This document shows positions 50,402 through 59,955 of a DNA stretch of 64,000 nucleotides, in pieces. The position numbers and the translations under genes were made by a program. Under the pieces are notes generated by a model. It was not told the DNA's origin. It searched no databases and saw only the letters and a program-made list of their open reading frames with translations. This stretch comes from an uncultured Planctomycetales bacterium (GTDB lineage: Bacteria > Omnitrophota > Gorgyraeia > Zapsychrales > Zapsychraceae). Location of the stretch: contig CAZHWM010000024.1 in the NCBI GenBank assembly GCA_964535935.1, positions 171-64,170 on the forward strand, given 5' to 3'. Position 1 is the stretch's first letter. The number at the start of each line of letters is the position of its first letter.

Positions 50402-51259
50402 ATGTTGTTTTTTATATTGTTACTTACTTTTGTTACAGTTACGCTTATTGGATATGTAGTAATACCAGGACTGTATAGTAGCGCTGCTGTTGTAAGTGAC
50501 AAGCGCCAGCAGATATTGTCTCATCATATGGAAAATTTAATGTCTCGTAAAGAGGCGCAAAAGTTGAGTAAGATTTTTATTATAGCGCCTTTTGTTCTTG
50601 CTGGTGCGTTTTTCTTGCTATTTCCAGAGGATTTTAGGTTGGTTGGGGTGTTGATAGGTTTTGCAGGAGGATTGATTTTGCCTGGTGTGTATATACGTTT
50701 ATTAGTAAAGATGACGCGAGAGAAATTCAATGACCAGTTAGTAGATGCCTTACTTATTATGTCTAGTTCGTTTCGAGGTGGCTTGAGTTTAATACAGGCA
50801 TTGGAATCAGTTGTAGAGGAAATGCCAGATCCTATCAATAATGAATTCGGCATAGTTCTTGGAGAGAATAAAATGGGGGTTTCGTTAGAGGAGGCATTGA
50901 ATCATTTGTATAATCGTATGCCGTCTACGGCCTTACAGCAGATGATTACAGCTATTTTGCTTGCTCGTGAGACAGGAGGAAATCTCCCTGTGGTTTTTGG
51001 TCGTATTGTTACGAATATAAGAGAAAATAAAAAGATAAAACAGAATTTAGCCACTTTAACTATTCAAGGAAAGATACAAGGTGTGGTTATGTCTATTTTG
51101 CCATTGGCCTTTGCCTCAGTGCTTTATTCTGCAAATAGAAGGATTTTTGAGAATATGTTTCATTCAGATATGGGCAGGTCTCTGTTATTGTATTGTGTAA
51201 TATCGTGGGCGATAGGGGCATTTATGATTTGGAAGATAAGTACATTTGAAGAAGTTTAA
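50402..51259 (+). CDS. tadB: Tad platform protein TadB (T2SSF/GspF-like)
   Basis: 285 aa. AAAGGAGAAGG RBS. N-terminal TM, cytoplasmic T2SSF-like helical domain (DQLVDALLIMSSSFRGGLSLIQALESV), C-terminal TM pair. Confidence 0.8.
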   Translation: MLFFILLLTFVTVTLIGYVVIPGLYSSAAVVSDKRQQILSHHMENLMSRKEAQKLSKIFIIAPFVLAGAFFLLFPEDFRLVGVLIGFAGGLILPGVYIRLLVKMTREKFNDQLVDALLIMSSSFRGGLSLIQALESVVEEMPDPINNEFGIVLGENKMGVSLEEALNHLYNRMPSTALQQMITAILLARETGGNLPVVFGRIVTNIRENKKIKQNLATLTIQGKIQGVVMSILPLAFASVLYSANRRIFENMFHSDMGRSLLLYCVISWAIGAFMIWKISTFEEV

Positions 51260-51295
51260 GCAGTAAAAATGTTAAGATGAAATAAAGGAGATATA

Positions 51296-52180
51296 GTGAT
51301 GTTAACATTTATTTTATTATTTTCATATTTATGTGTATTTGCATTTATATTAGGGATGAATCCTATAGATTTTGAAGCACGTCCCACATTAGAATCTTTA
51401 GGATTGACTCCAGAAGAGACAAAAAAGAAAAATCAATTTTTATTTATTTTTAGAAAATTGGCGAATATTAATAAACCTTTATGTACAGGTGCTATAGAGA
51501 GGCGGCTTATTAAGGATTTAAGGATAGCACATCTTAATATAACCCCAGAAGAATTTATGTTGATAAAGGAGCTTTTATTTGTTTTAACCGCTTTTATTTT
51601 ACTGCCTATAGCCTCCCCTGATATCTTTACAGGAGTAGTGTTAATATGTCTGTGTATAGGTTTTGTCTTGCCAGAGGTTTGGCTTAAAAGTAGAATAAAA
51701 AAGGTAAAGGAGACCATAAAGAAAGAGCTCCCAGATGCTATCGATTTATTGGGATTGTGTGTTAATGCAGGGCTTGATTTTATGTTATCTTTAAAATGGG
51801 TAGTAGAGAAGTCTAAGCCATCTGTTATGATAGAAGAATTAAATACTGTGCTACAAGAAATTAATGTAGGGAAAACAAGAAGGGATGCTATAAAAGATAT
51901 GGCTAACCGTTATGAATTACCAGATCTTTATACTTTTGCCAGAACATTAATTCAGGCAGATAAAATGGGGACCTCTGTTACAGAGGCATTTAATATCCTT
52001 TCAGAAGATATGAGACTTGCGAGGTATAGAAGAGGAGAACAGATGGCCTTGAAGGCTCCTATGAAGATGTTAATACCTCTTTTATTTTTTATTTTTCCAG
52101 TAGTAGGTGTGTTGGTCGCAGGCCCTATCTTGATTGATTTTATGGAGAACAATCCATTTAGTAGCTTTGCAGGAAAGTGA
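51296..52180 (+). CDS. tadC: Tad platform protein TadC (T2SSF/GspF-like)
   Basis: 294 aa. ELPDAIDLLGLCVNAGLDFMLSLKWV...GTSVTEAFNILSEDMRLARYRRGEQMALKAPMKMLIPLLFF is the typical T2SSF domain. Start GTG 51296 or ATG 51299. Confidence 0.8.
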   Translation: MMLTFILLFSYLCVFAFILGMNPIDFEARPTLESLGLTPEETKKKNQFLFIFRKLANINKPLCTGAIERRLIKDLRIAHLNITPEEFMLIKELLFVLTAFILLPIASPDIFTGVVLICLCIGFVLPEVWLKSRIKKVKETIKKELPDAIDLLGLCVNAGLDFMLSLKWVVEKSKPSVMIEELNTVLQEINVGKTRRDAIKDMANRYELPDLYTFARTLIQADKMGTSVTEAFNILSEDMRLARYRRGEQMALKAPMKMLIPLLFFIFPVVGVLVAGPILIDFMENNPFSSFAGK

Positions 52181-52308
52181 TATGTCTTTTTAAAAGAAAT
52201 AAATTCTCAACGAATTCTCTTCCTTTATATTTTTTATCCATGATATAATGATACTGTTTTTTTGGCTATATTTTATTAAAGACTACATCTTTAGGAAAGG
52301 TATTTTAT

Positions 52309-54009
52309 ATGCAGGAGAAAGCATCTATCAAACATTCACAGGATTTTATTCGTGAGATTATAGCAGAGGATATCAAGACAGGGAAGAATGAAGGTAGAAT
52401 ACATACGCGTTTTCCTCCTGAACCTAATGGATATCTTCATATAGGTCATGCGAAATCTATATGCCTTAATTTTGGTGTTGCTGAGGAATATGAAGGAGGG
52501 GTATGTAATTTGAGATTTGATGATACAAATCCCTGTAAGGAAGAAGAAGAATATGTTAATGCAATAAGAAGGGATGTTCGCTGGTTAGGCTTTGATTGGG
52601 GAGATAGGGAGTATTTCGCTTCTGATTATTTTGATAAATTGTATGATTATGCAGTTGAGCTTATAAAGAAGGGGAAGGCGTATGTGTGCCATTTGACATC
52701 TGATGAGATACGGGAGTATAGGGGGACATTAACAGAGCCGGGAAAAGAAAGCCCTTATAGGAATCGTTCTATTAAGGAAAATTTAGAGCTTTTTGATCGG
52801 ATGCGTAAAGGAGAGTTTAAGGATGGAGAATGTGTACTTCGTGCAAAAATAGATATGGCTTCTCCTAATATATGTATGCGAGATCCTACTATATATCGTA
52901 TTAGACATGCTAATCATCATCGAACAAGAGATAACTGGTGCATTTATCCGATGTATGATTTTGCCCATTGTCTTTCAGATTCTATTGAGGGGATTACGCA
53001 TTCTTTATGTACCTTAGAATTTGAAAATAATAGAGCTCTTTATGATTGGATATTAGATCAATTAGATGTGAAGTGTCATCCTAGACAAATAGAGTTTGCT
53101 AGGTTGAATTTGAGTTATACTGTTTTGAGTAAGAGAAAACTATTAGAATTGGTTGAAGGAGGCTACGTTAACGGTTGGGATGATCCTAGGATGCCTACTT
53201 TATCCGGTTTACGGCGACGGGGTGTTCCGCCAGAAGCTATACGGAATTTTTGTAGCAAGATAGGAGTAGCTAAATTTAATAGTATAGTAGATATATCTTT
53301 ATTAGAGTATTGTATTCGGGAATATTTAAACAGGTATGCACCTAGGCGTATGGCAGTTTTGCGTCCTTTAAAGGTGGTTATTGATAATTATCCTGAAGAT
53401 AAGGTGGAGATGGTTGATGCAATTAATAATCCAGAAGATCCATCAATGGGAATACGTAAGGTCCCGTTTTCAAAGATACTTTATATAGAACAGGATGATT
53501 TTAGAATAGATCCTCCTAAGAAATTTTTTCGTTTATCTCCTGGTAAAGAAGTGCGGTTAAGATATGCGTATTTTATTAAATGTGTGGATGTAAAACAGGA
53601 TGCCAATGGAAATATAATCGAACTTATATGCACATATGACCCGGCATCTTTTGGAGGGAATTCACCAGATGGTCGTAAGGTTAAAGGGACTATACATTGG
53701 GTTTCAGCAAGACATGCAATTACGGCAGAAGTAAGGTTATATGATAGGTTATTTATAAAAGAAAATCCTGTTGAGGATAAAGATTTAGATTATAAACAGT
53801 TTTTAAACCAGAACTCTTTAGAGATATTAAAAGGTTGTTTATTAGAGCCTGCCTTAAAGGATGCCTCGTATGGGGAACGGTTTCAGTTTGAACGACTGGG
53901 ATATTTTTGTTTGGATCCAGATAGCACAGATAAAAATTTGGTATTTAATAGAACTATAACACTTAAAGACTCTTGGAAGAAGATAGAAAATAAAAATAAG
54001 CAGTCATAA
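52309..54009 (+). CDS. glnS: Glutaminyl-tRNA synthetase
   Basis: 566 aa. [17 protein letters not shown] (HIGH), VLSKRKL (KMSKS-type). Overall pattern and length favour GlnRS over GluRS. Confidence 0.85.
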   Translation: MQEKASIKHSQDFIREIIAEDIKTGKNEGRIHTRFPPEPNGYLHIGHAKSICLNFGVAEEYEGGVCNLRFDDTNPCKEEEEYVNAIRRDVRWLGFDWGDREYFASDYFDKLYDYAVELIKKGKAYVCHLTSDEIREYRGTLTEPGKESPYRNRSIKENLELFDRMRKGEFKDGECVLRAKIDMASPNICMRDPTIYRIRHANHHRTRDNWCIYPMYDFAHCLSDSIEGITHSLCTLEFENNRALYDWILDQLDVKCHPRQIEFARLNLSYTVLSKRKLLELVEGGYVNGWDDPRMPTLSGLRRRGVPPEAIRNFCSKIGVAKFNSIVDISLLEYCIREYLNRYAPRRMAVLRPLKVVIDNYPEDKVEMVDAINNPEDPSMGIRKVPFSKILYIEQDDFRIDPPKKFFRLSPGKEVRLRYAYFIKCVDVKQDANGNIIELICTYDPASFGGNSPDGRKVKGTIHWVSARHAITAEVRLYDRLFIKENPVEDKDLDYKQFLNQNSLEILKGCLLEPALKDASYGERFQFERLGYFCLDPDSTDKNLVFNRTITLKDSWKKIENKNKQS

Positions 54010-54048
54010 TTATATAAATTATATTTACAGATATGGAACACATATATA

Positions 54049-55335
54049 ATGGAATTTTATGCAGACCTTCATATTCATTCTAGATTTTCTCGGGCCACAA
54101 GTAGAGATCTTACATTATCGAATTTATGGAAGTGGGCACAATTAAAAGGAATTCAGGTTATTGCTACTGGGGATTTTCTCCATCCAGGATGGTTGTCAGA
54201 GATAAAACAACAACTTGAACCAGCAGAAACTGGTTTTTTTAAATTAAAGCAAGATTTTATATCCAAAAATATTATATTACCTTCGGCTTGTAGATCAGAG
54301 GTAAGGTTTATTTTGTCTGTAGAGGTTGCTAATATATATAAAAAAGATGGAAAGGTAAGAAAGATACATAACGTAATTTTTGTTCCAACTATATCAGCAG
54401 CAGAAAAAATACAAAAGAAATTAGATGCTATAGGAAATATACGGGCTGATGGGAGGCCTATCTTAGGGCTTGACAGCCATGATTTACTTGAAATTGTAGT
54501 GGAATCTGATCCTTTATCTTTTCTTGTACCTGCGCATATATGGACACCATGGTTTTCTGTTTTAGGCTCAAAAGGAGGCTTTGATAGTATAGAAGAGTGT
54601 TTTGGGGATTTAACCAAATATATTTTTGCCTTAGAAACAGGACTTTCCTCAGATCCTGCAATGAATTGGAGGTTATCTCAGTTAGATAGATATGTATTAA
54701 TATCTAATTCCGATGCCCATTCAGTGTCAAAATTAGGCAGAGAGGTAACTATCTTTGATACAGAACTGTCTTATCCTGCTATGCGTAAGGCATTAGAGGA
54801 TCCTAAAGATAAAGGTTTAATTGGAACAGTGGAATTTTTCCCAGAAGAGGGAAAATATCATTACGATGGACATAGGCAGTGCAAGGTTAGATTATCTCCA
54901 AAAGAGACCTTAAGATTGAAAGGGCGGTGTCCTGTATGTGGTAAACCTGTAACTGTTGGGGTTATGAATAGGGTGGAGGAATTGGCGGATAGGGAAGAAG
55001 GAGAGAAATCTAGTCGATGGCGGCCATATTATAGTTTTATTCCATTAATAGAAATAATAGCAGAATGTAGAGGAATAAAAAGTGTTAATAGCCAAGGAGT
55101 ACAATTATTATATAATAATATGCTTGCAAAATTAGGCAGTGAATTTTATATTCTACGTCGAGCACCATTAAAAGAAATAGAGAAACTTGCAGGAGATATG
55201 ATAGCCGAAGGTATTCGCAGGATGAGAGAAGGTAAAGTATGTATTGCACCAGGATATGATGGTGAGTATGGAACAATACGATTGTTTGCGGAGAATGAAC
55301 GCCCTTTAGCAGGCGGACAACAGATATTATTTTAA
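54049..55335 (+). CDS. PHP-domain protein resembling endonuclease Q (TIGR00375-like)
   Basis: 428 aa. N-terminal ADLHIHSRFSRATS PHP metal site, later NSDAHS. CxxC zinc ribbon GRCPVCGKPVTVGVMNRVEEL. Confidence 0.55.
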   Translation: MEFYADLHIHSRFSRATSRDLTLSNLWKWAQLKGIQVIATGDFLHPGWLSEIKQQLEPAETGFFKLKQDFISKNIILPSACRSEVRFILSVEVANIYKKDGKVRKIHNVIFVPTISAAEKIQKKLDAIGNIRADGRPILGLDSHDLLEIVVESDPLSFLVPAHIWTPWFSVLGSKGGFDSIEECFGDLTKYIFALETGLSSDPAMNWRLSQLDRYVLISNSDAHSVSKLGREVTIFDTELSYPAMRKALEDPKDKGLIGTVEFFPEEGKYHYDGHRQCKVRLSPKETLRLKGRCPVCGKPVTVGVMNRVEELADREEGEKSSRWRPYYSFIPLIEIIAECRGIKSVNSQGVQLLYNNMLAKLGSEFYILRRAPLKEIEKLAGDMIAEGIRRMREGKVCIAPGYDGEYGTIRLFAENERPLAGGQQILF

Positions 55336-55417
55336 ATAAGTTATTTCTTTTTATGTTTATATTATAAATCAACAAGGTTAATTATGACATGAAGAGGAAT
55401 AAGGTTAATGGTAAGAA

Positions 55418-57445
55418 ATGTTGTGTTTAGAAACACTTAACTCTTTGCAAAAGCAGGCAGTTTTATGTGATGAACAACATCTATTGATAGTAGCCGGCCC
55501 TGGAACTGGTAAAACCCATACTATAACCTACCGTATAGCAAGGCTTGCTGAGCAGTTGACAGGTTCTGCTGATATTCTTGCGATAACTTTTACTAATAAA
55601 GCAGCCGAGCATTTAGCACATAGACTTAAAAGTATATTTCCACAGATAAATAATAGGGTTTATTTAAAGACTTTTCATGGATTTGCTTTTGACCTATTGC
55701 GTAGATATCCAGAGAAAGCCGGTTTATCTGAAGGTGGGCGCATAATTAGCCCTATTGAGGCGAGATATTTTATTAAAGAGGCATGTAGTAAGGTAGGGCA
55801 GAAGATAGGTTATGGAGAAGGTATTAAAGAGATTTCTAAATGGAAGTTAGCTCAAAATACAGATGATGTGCCTGCTTATGTTAATGAATATAATCGTTTA
55901 TTAAAAGTAAATGGATTATTGGATTTTGATGATATTCTTATAAAGACAGTTACATTGCTAGAAGATAATGATGATGTATTAACATATTTGAGGCATATGT
56001 TCCCGGTTGTTTTTGTTGATGAGTATCAAGATATCAATTGGTTACAGCATGAATTGTTAAAACTTTTAATAGGAAATACAGGTTGTCTTACTGCTATAGG
56101 CGATCCTAATCAATCTATATATGGTTTTCGAGGGGCAACCCCTCATTTTTTTGAATGTTTTCAGCAGGAATTCTGGCCATCTAAAGTATTGTCCCTTAAG
56201 GATAATTATAGGAGTGATGCTAATATTTTAGAGGCTGCCTCACAGGTTATTGCTAGTGGACAACGTTTTGATGTCCCTGCTATTGTTTCTGTAAAAGGTA
56301 AGTTAGGAGATCTTGTTATTCATCATGCTCCTACAGATAAAGCAGAGGCAGAGTATGTTGTTCATTCTATAGAGAAGATGGTGGGCGGGACAAGTATGTT
56401 TTCTCATGATTCTGCCCGTGTGGATACGTTTGTAGAAGGTAGTAGAAGTTTTTCTGAGATAGCTGTTTGTTTTAGGTTGAATAGTCAAAGATACGTTTTA
56501 GAAGAGGCATTTGATAGGGCAGGGATACCGTATCAATCTTTTGGAGATTGTTCTTTGCTTGAGCTAAGGGGAGTTTCAGAGATGGTTTCTTTTGTGACTT
56601 TATTTTTAGGAGGGACAGTTTCTGTTGCATCTGCTTTAGCTCTTTTGGAATTTATCATATGTGGATTAGGACAACAATCATTAGCAAGGTTACGACGATA
56701 TTGGATTGATAAGAGAAATATTTCTTTAGAGGATATGAAATCTGTTTTGAAGGTGGATATTATTAGTTCTAGGGCAGCAAGATATTTGTATGATATGATT
56801 ATTACAACAGAGCCAATTTTGAGTATAGAAAATGCAACAGATTTTTTTAATATACTTAATAAAGTAAAAAATCTGCCGGCATGGGATAGACTTTTATCAG
56901 CAGATAAACGATTAGGAGAAAATATATATAAATTAGAGAGAACTATAGGGAATTTTTATTTCTATCCACAAGTATGTGATAGTAATTGTAAAAAAATAGA
57001 TTCAGAAAAGATAGATGATAGTTGTTTTTGTTTTTCTCGTAATAATATTCATGAATTTGCCGATCTTTTATCGTTGCAGGGGCCAGAGGATATGTTTGAG
57101 TTTAACGCAGAAAAGGTGTCCCTTCTTACTTTACATGCCTCAAAGGGGCTTGAATTTTCTGTAGTTTTTATTGTTGGATGTGAGGAGGGCATTTTGCCTT
57201 TACATTATTCAGGAGAAGAAGGGAATTTAGATGAAGAGAGAAGGTTATTTTATGTAGGTATGACAAGGGCAAAAGAGGAATTAATATTAACTCATGCGAG
57301 ACGTAGAGTTATATATGGAAGAAGTGTTTATAATTCACCTTCAAGATATTTACAAGATATAGAGGAAGAACTTAAACGATATGAACATACTAATAAAAAT
57401 AAGAAAAGGAAAATCTATCAGCAAAGACAAACAACATTTTTTTAG
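55418..57445 (+). CDS. UvrD/Rep/PcrA-family SF1 DNA helicase
   Basis: Walker A AGPGTGKTHT, FVDEYQDIN (motif II), GDPNQSIYGFRGA, NYRS, TLHASKGLEFSVVF, YVGMTRAKEEL. Confidence 0.85.
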   Translation: MLCLETLNSLQKQAVLCDEQHLLIVAGPGTGKTHTITYRIARLAEQLTGSADILAITFTNKAAEHLAHRLKSIFPQINNRVYLKTFHGFAFDLLRRYPEKAGLSEGGRIISPIEARYFIKEACSKVGQKIGYGEGIKEISKWKLAQNTDDVPAYVNEYNRLLKVNGLLDFDDILIKTVTLLEDNDDVLTYLRHMFPVVFVDEYQDINWLQHELLKLLIGNTGCLTAIGDPNQSIYGFRGATPHFFECFQQEFWPSKVLSLKDNYRSDANILEAASQVIASGQRFDVPAIVSVKGKLGDLVIHHAPTDKAEAEYVVHSIEKMVGGTSMFSHDSARVDTFVEGSRSFSEIAVCFRLNSQRYVLEEAFDRAGIPYQSFGDCSLLELRGVSEMVSFVTLFLGGTVSVASALALLEFIICGLGQQSLARLRRYWIDKRNISLEDMKSVLKVDIISSRAARYLYDMIITTEPILSIENATDFFNILNKVKNLPAWDRLLSADKRLGENIYKLERTIGNFYFYPQVCDSNCKKIDSEKIDDSCFCFSRNNIHEFADLLSLQGPEDMFEFNAEKVSLLTLHASKGLEFSVVFIVGCEEGILPLHYSGEEGNLDEERRLFYVGMTRAKEELILTHARRRVIYGRSVYNSPSRYLQDIEEELKRYEHTNKNKKRKIYQQRQTTFF

Positions 57446-57506
57446 TCTAACTCTAACTCATGTTTCTATTCTGCACTATTTAACCTTGTTGATTTGTGCA
57501 GGATGT

Positions 57507-58010
57507 ATGTTGATGGGAGTTGTTGTGTTGTCTGGATGTGATGTTGTTTATCGTTTTTTAGATAAACCCGGAGCAGAAGAAAAGGCTTTAATTGGGAATG
57601 CCTTGCCTTATGAACCTAATCCTACAGTAGAACAGATTCAATCATTATTAAAGGTTTATGGATATTATTCAGCAAAGATAGATGGGATTTTGGGTAGGAA
57701 AACCAGAGCTGCTATTGCAAGGTTTCAACGTGACAATGGACTTGAAGAGACCCGTTTTGTTGACCGTAATACATGGGATAGGATGAATATATTTGAAGGG
57801 ACAGAGCTTATACATAATGGAAGACTAAATATTAGGTTGATTCAGAAAATATTGCAGAATGAGGAATTTAATCCGGGTAAGGTTGATGGAAAATTAGGCC
57901 CTAAAACAACAGCAGCGATTAAGGCCTTTCAAAAGGCACATGGTCTTATTCCCGATGGCAAGGTAGGATATAAAACTTTGTGTGTTTTTCGCCGTTATAT
58001 AAAATTATGA
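57507..58010 (+). CDS. Lipoprotein with two peptidoglycan-binding (PG_binding_1-like) repeats
   Basis: MLMGVVVLSGC lipobox. DGILGRKTRAAIARFQRDNGL and DGKLGPKTTAAIKAFQKAHGLIPDGKVG. The track start (57381) overlaps the helicase gene, so the start is uncertain. Confidence 0.7.
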   Translation: MLMGVVVLSGCDVVYRFLDKPGAEEKALIGNALPYEPNPTVEQIQSLLKVYGYYSAKIDGILGRKTRAAIARFQRDNGLEETRFVDRNTWDRMNIFEGTELIHNGRLNIRLIQKILQNEEFNPGKVDGKLGPKTTAAIKAFQKAHGLIPDGKVGYKTLCVFRRYIKL

Positions 58011-58085
58011 CAAAAAATTTGGTTTTTATAGGAAGATATAATATATACTTATATTAGAGAGAAAAGTTTAACAGAGGAATAGGTA

Positions 58086-59939
58086 ATGTTGTTAAGATAT
58101 TTTTTTGTAACATGTTGTATTACATTATTTAGTGTGAAGGCTTGTTTGGGGGGAGAATTGAATGTTTCTACTTACTATACTTCTGTAAGTGGAAAGTATA
58201 GATATATTAGATTGGTTCCACGTTCTTCAGCTGTTACGTGTGATAGTTCTAAGAATGGTTTAATTTATTATAACAAAGACTCATCCCAGTTAATGGTGTG
58301 TAGAGATTCCATTTGGTCGCATTTAGGTGGCCCTTGGGAGTCGGTGGATTTTATAGGTCGAACTGATGTTTATTTGAAGGATACAGGGTTAAAGTCGTTA
58401 TATGTAGGAATGGGAACTGTTAATCCGGAATTTAGGCTTACGTTAGATAAAGGTGCAAGTTTGCCAGATGGTGGGATTTTGGCAATAGGCACGTATGGTT
58501 CAGGACAGGATTTGGTAACCTCAGGGGCAGGGACAAGGTTTATATGGTATCCAAAGAAGGCTGCGTTTAGAGTTGGATATGTTGATGGAAATCAATGGGA
58601 TGATGTAAATATTGGAGATTATTCTATAGGTTTGGGAGTGAATTCTCTTGCCTCTGGGGAGTCGTCTGTTAGTATCTCTGGAATTAGTATCACTACTAAA
58701 GCAGAAGGAGATTTTTCAGTTGCTTTTGCAGGGGGGACGGCAACAGGAAGCGCGTCTTTTGCTTTTGGGGGGGATGCGACAGGAGCTGATTCGTTAAGGA
58801 TAGGAACGTTGTTGGTGTCAGGGGGGAGTACGGCTGAAGACTCTGTTGCTATAGGGCAAGGGGCAATGTCTTTGGCAGATGTATCCTTAGCAGTAGGGGA
58901 AAAAGTTCAGGCTCATTCCTATTGTTTGAGTGTTTTTGGTAGTCAGAATGAGTGGTCGTCGACATATAGTCTTACATCTTGGGTAGATACGGATCCTTTG
59001 TTTGAGATAGGGGGGACAAATGATCTTGTTGGGTCTGCGACGATGTCAGTTTTTAGGTTATTAAAAAATGCCAAATTGGATGTTGGGGAACATGCAGTTA
59101 CCCCAGAATTTAGGCTTACGTTAGACAAAGGTGCGAGTTTGCCAGATGGTGGGATTTTGGCAATAGGCACGTATGGTTCAGGTAGTAGTTTAACTACTGC
59201 AGGAGGTGGAACACGTTTTATATGGTATCCAAAGAAGGCCGCGTTTAGGGCTGGATGGGTTAATTCTTCAGAGTGGGATGATATAAATATAGGAGATTTT
59301 TCTTTAGGTTTGGGGGGGGCTTCTAAGGCTACAGGGGTGGCAGGGACAGCTATATCCTCTATATTCGGAGATGTCTCAGATTATGCAACTGGTATTTTTG
59401 CCGGTGCAACAGGTGATTATTCTTTGGCTTTGGGAAATTCTGGCATAGCAGAAGGGGTCAATTCTGTTGTTATCGGGGGGGGGGCAGTTGAAGCAGCAGG
59501 GGATGGTTCTATGTGTATAGGCGCAATGGCTCCTGCTAGTGGAATCTATTCTTTGTCTTTTGGGAGTGCAGGAGCACAGGCTGCTTATTCGGTTGCGATG
59601 GGTTATTATAGTATCTCCGCAGGAAGCCTTACTTCATGGATAGATACGGATCCGTTATTTGTAATAGGAAGAGGCAGTATTATTTGGGGGGCTCCGGAAA
59701 ATATTTTTACTTTATTAAAAAACGGTAATATATGTTTTGGTTTTTACTCTTCTTCCAGCTATTATCCTCCTAGGTCTAAGGTTGTAGTAAAAGGATATGT
59801 TCAGGAAGATACTATTTCCGGAGCACCTCCAGCCGGTGATTGTTCTTTAGATTATGCTGGAAGGATGAAATTCGATAGCGCTAATAATAGATTGTATATA
59901 TGTAATGGAACAACTTGGGTTCATGCAGATTTATATTAA
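58086..59939 (+). CDS. Secreted fibre/adhesin-like repeat protein, paralog 1 (617 aa)
   Basis: Signal peptide. N- and C-terminal Cys-loop bookends (VTCDSSKNGLIYYNKDSSQLMVCRDSIW; GDCSLDYAGRMKFDSANNRLYICNGTTW). Two EFRLTLDKGASLPDGGILAIGTYGSG...TRFIWYPKKAAFR modules. YadA-head-like Gly/Ser/Ala repeats. Confidence 0.75.
   Translation: MLLRYFFVTCCITLFSVKACLGGELNVSTYYTSVSGKYRYIRLVPRSSAVTCDSSKNGLIYYNKDSSQLMVCRDSIWSHLGGPWESVDFIGRTDVYLKDTGLKSLYVGMGTVNPEFRLTLDKGASLPDGGILAIGTYGSGQDLVTSGAGTRFIWYPKKAAFRVGYVDGNQWDDVNIGDYSIGLGVNSLASGESSVSISGISITTKAEGDFSVAFAGGTATGSASFAFGGDATGADSLRIGTLLVSGGSTAEDSVAIGQGAMSLADVSLAVGEKVQAHSYCLSVFGSQNEWSSTYSLTSWVDTDPLFEIGGTNDLVGSATMSVFRLLKNAKLDVGEHAVTPEFRLTLDKGASLPDGGILAIGTYGSGSSLTTAGGGTRFIWYPKKAAFRAGWVNSSEWDDINIGDFSLGLGGASKATGVAGTAISSIFGDVSDYATGIFAGATGDYSLALGNSGIAEGVNSVVIGGGAVEAAGDGSMCIGAMAPASGIYSLSFGSAGAQAAYSVAMGYYSISAGSLTSWIDTDPLFVIGRGSIIWGAPENIFTLLKNGNICFGFYSSSSYYPPRSKVVVKGYVQEDTISGAPPAGDCSLDYAGRMKFDSANNRLYICNGTTWVHADLY
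58767..58773 (+). repeat. G7 homopolymer inside paralog 1
   Basis: ttttGGGGGGGatg. Further G6 runs at 58148, 58731, 58821, 59010 and 59686. Confidence 0.9.
59312..59319 (+). repeat. G8 homopolymer inside paralog 1
   Basis: tttGGGGGGGGct encodes L-G-G-A. Confidence 0.9.
59475..59484 (+). repeat. G10 homopolymer inside paralog 1 coding sequence
   Basis: atcGGGGGGGGGGcag encodes I-G-G-G-A in the current in-frame state. Confidence 0.9.
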
Positions 59940-59955
59940 TTAAGAGGTTGAAAAA

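Noticed and set aside
34346-52180. Interpreting the pilus locus as a type II secretion or type IVa pilus system
   Set aside because: The pilins have Flp/TadE-style G/A|xxxxEY sites rather than G|FTLIE. CpaB/RcpC is present, and the two small GspF-like platform proteins (TadB/TadC) and a CpaF-type ATPase fit Tad. No PilM/N/O/P, PilT or GspC/L/M-like genes are present.
57381-57506. N-terminal extension of the PG-binding protein overlapping the helicase 3' end
   Set aside because: It overlaps the helicase by 65 nt, and the extension is not signal-like. The ATG at 57507 gives a lipobox (VLSGC). The exact start remains uncertain.
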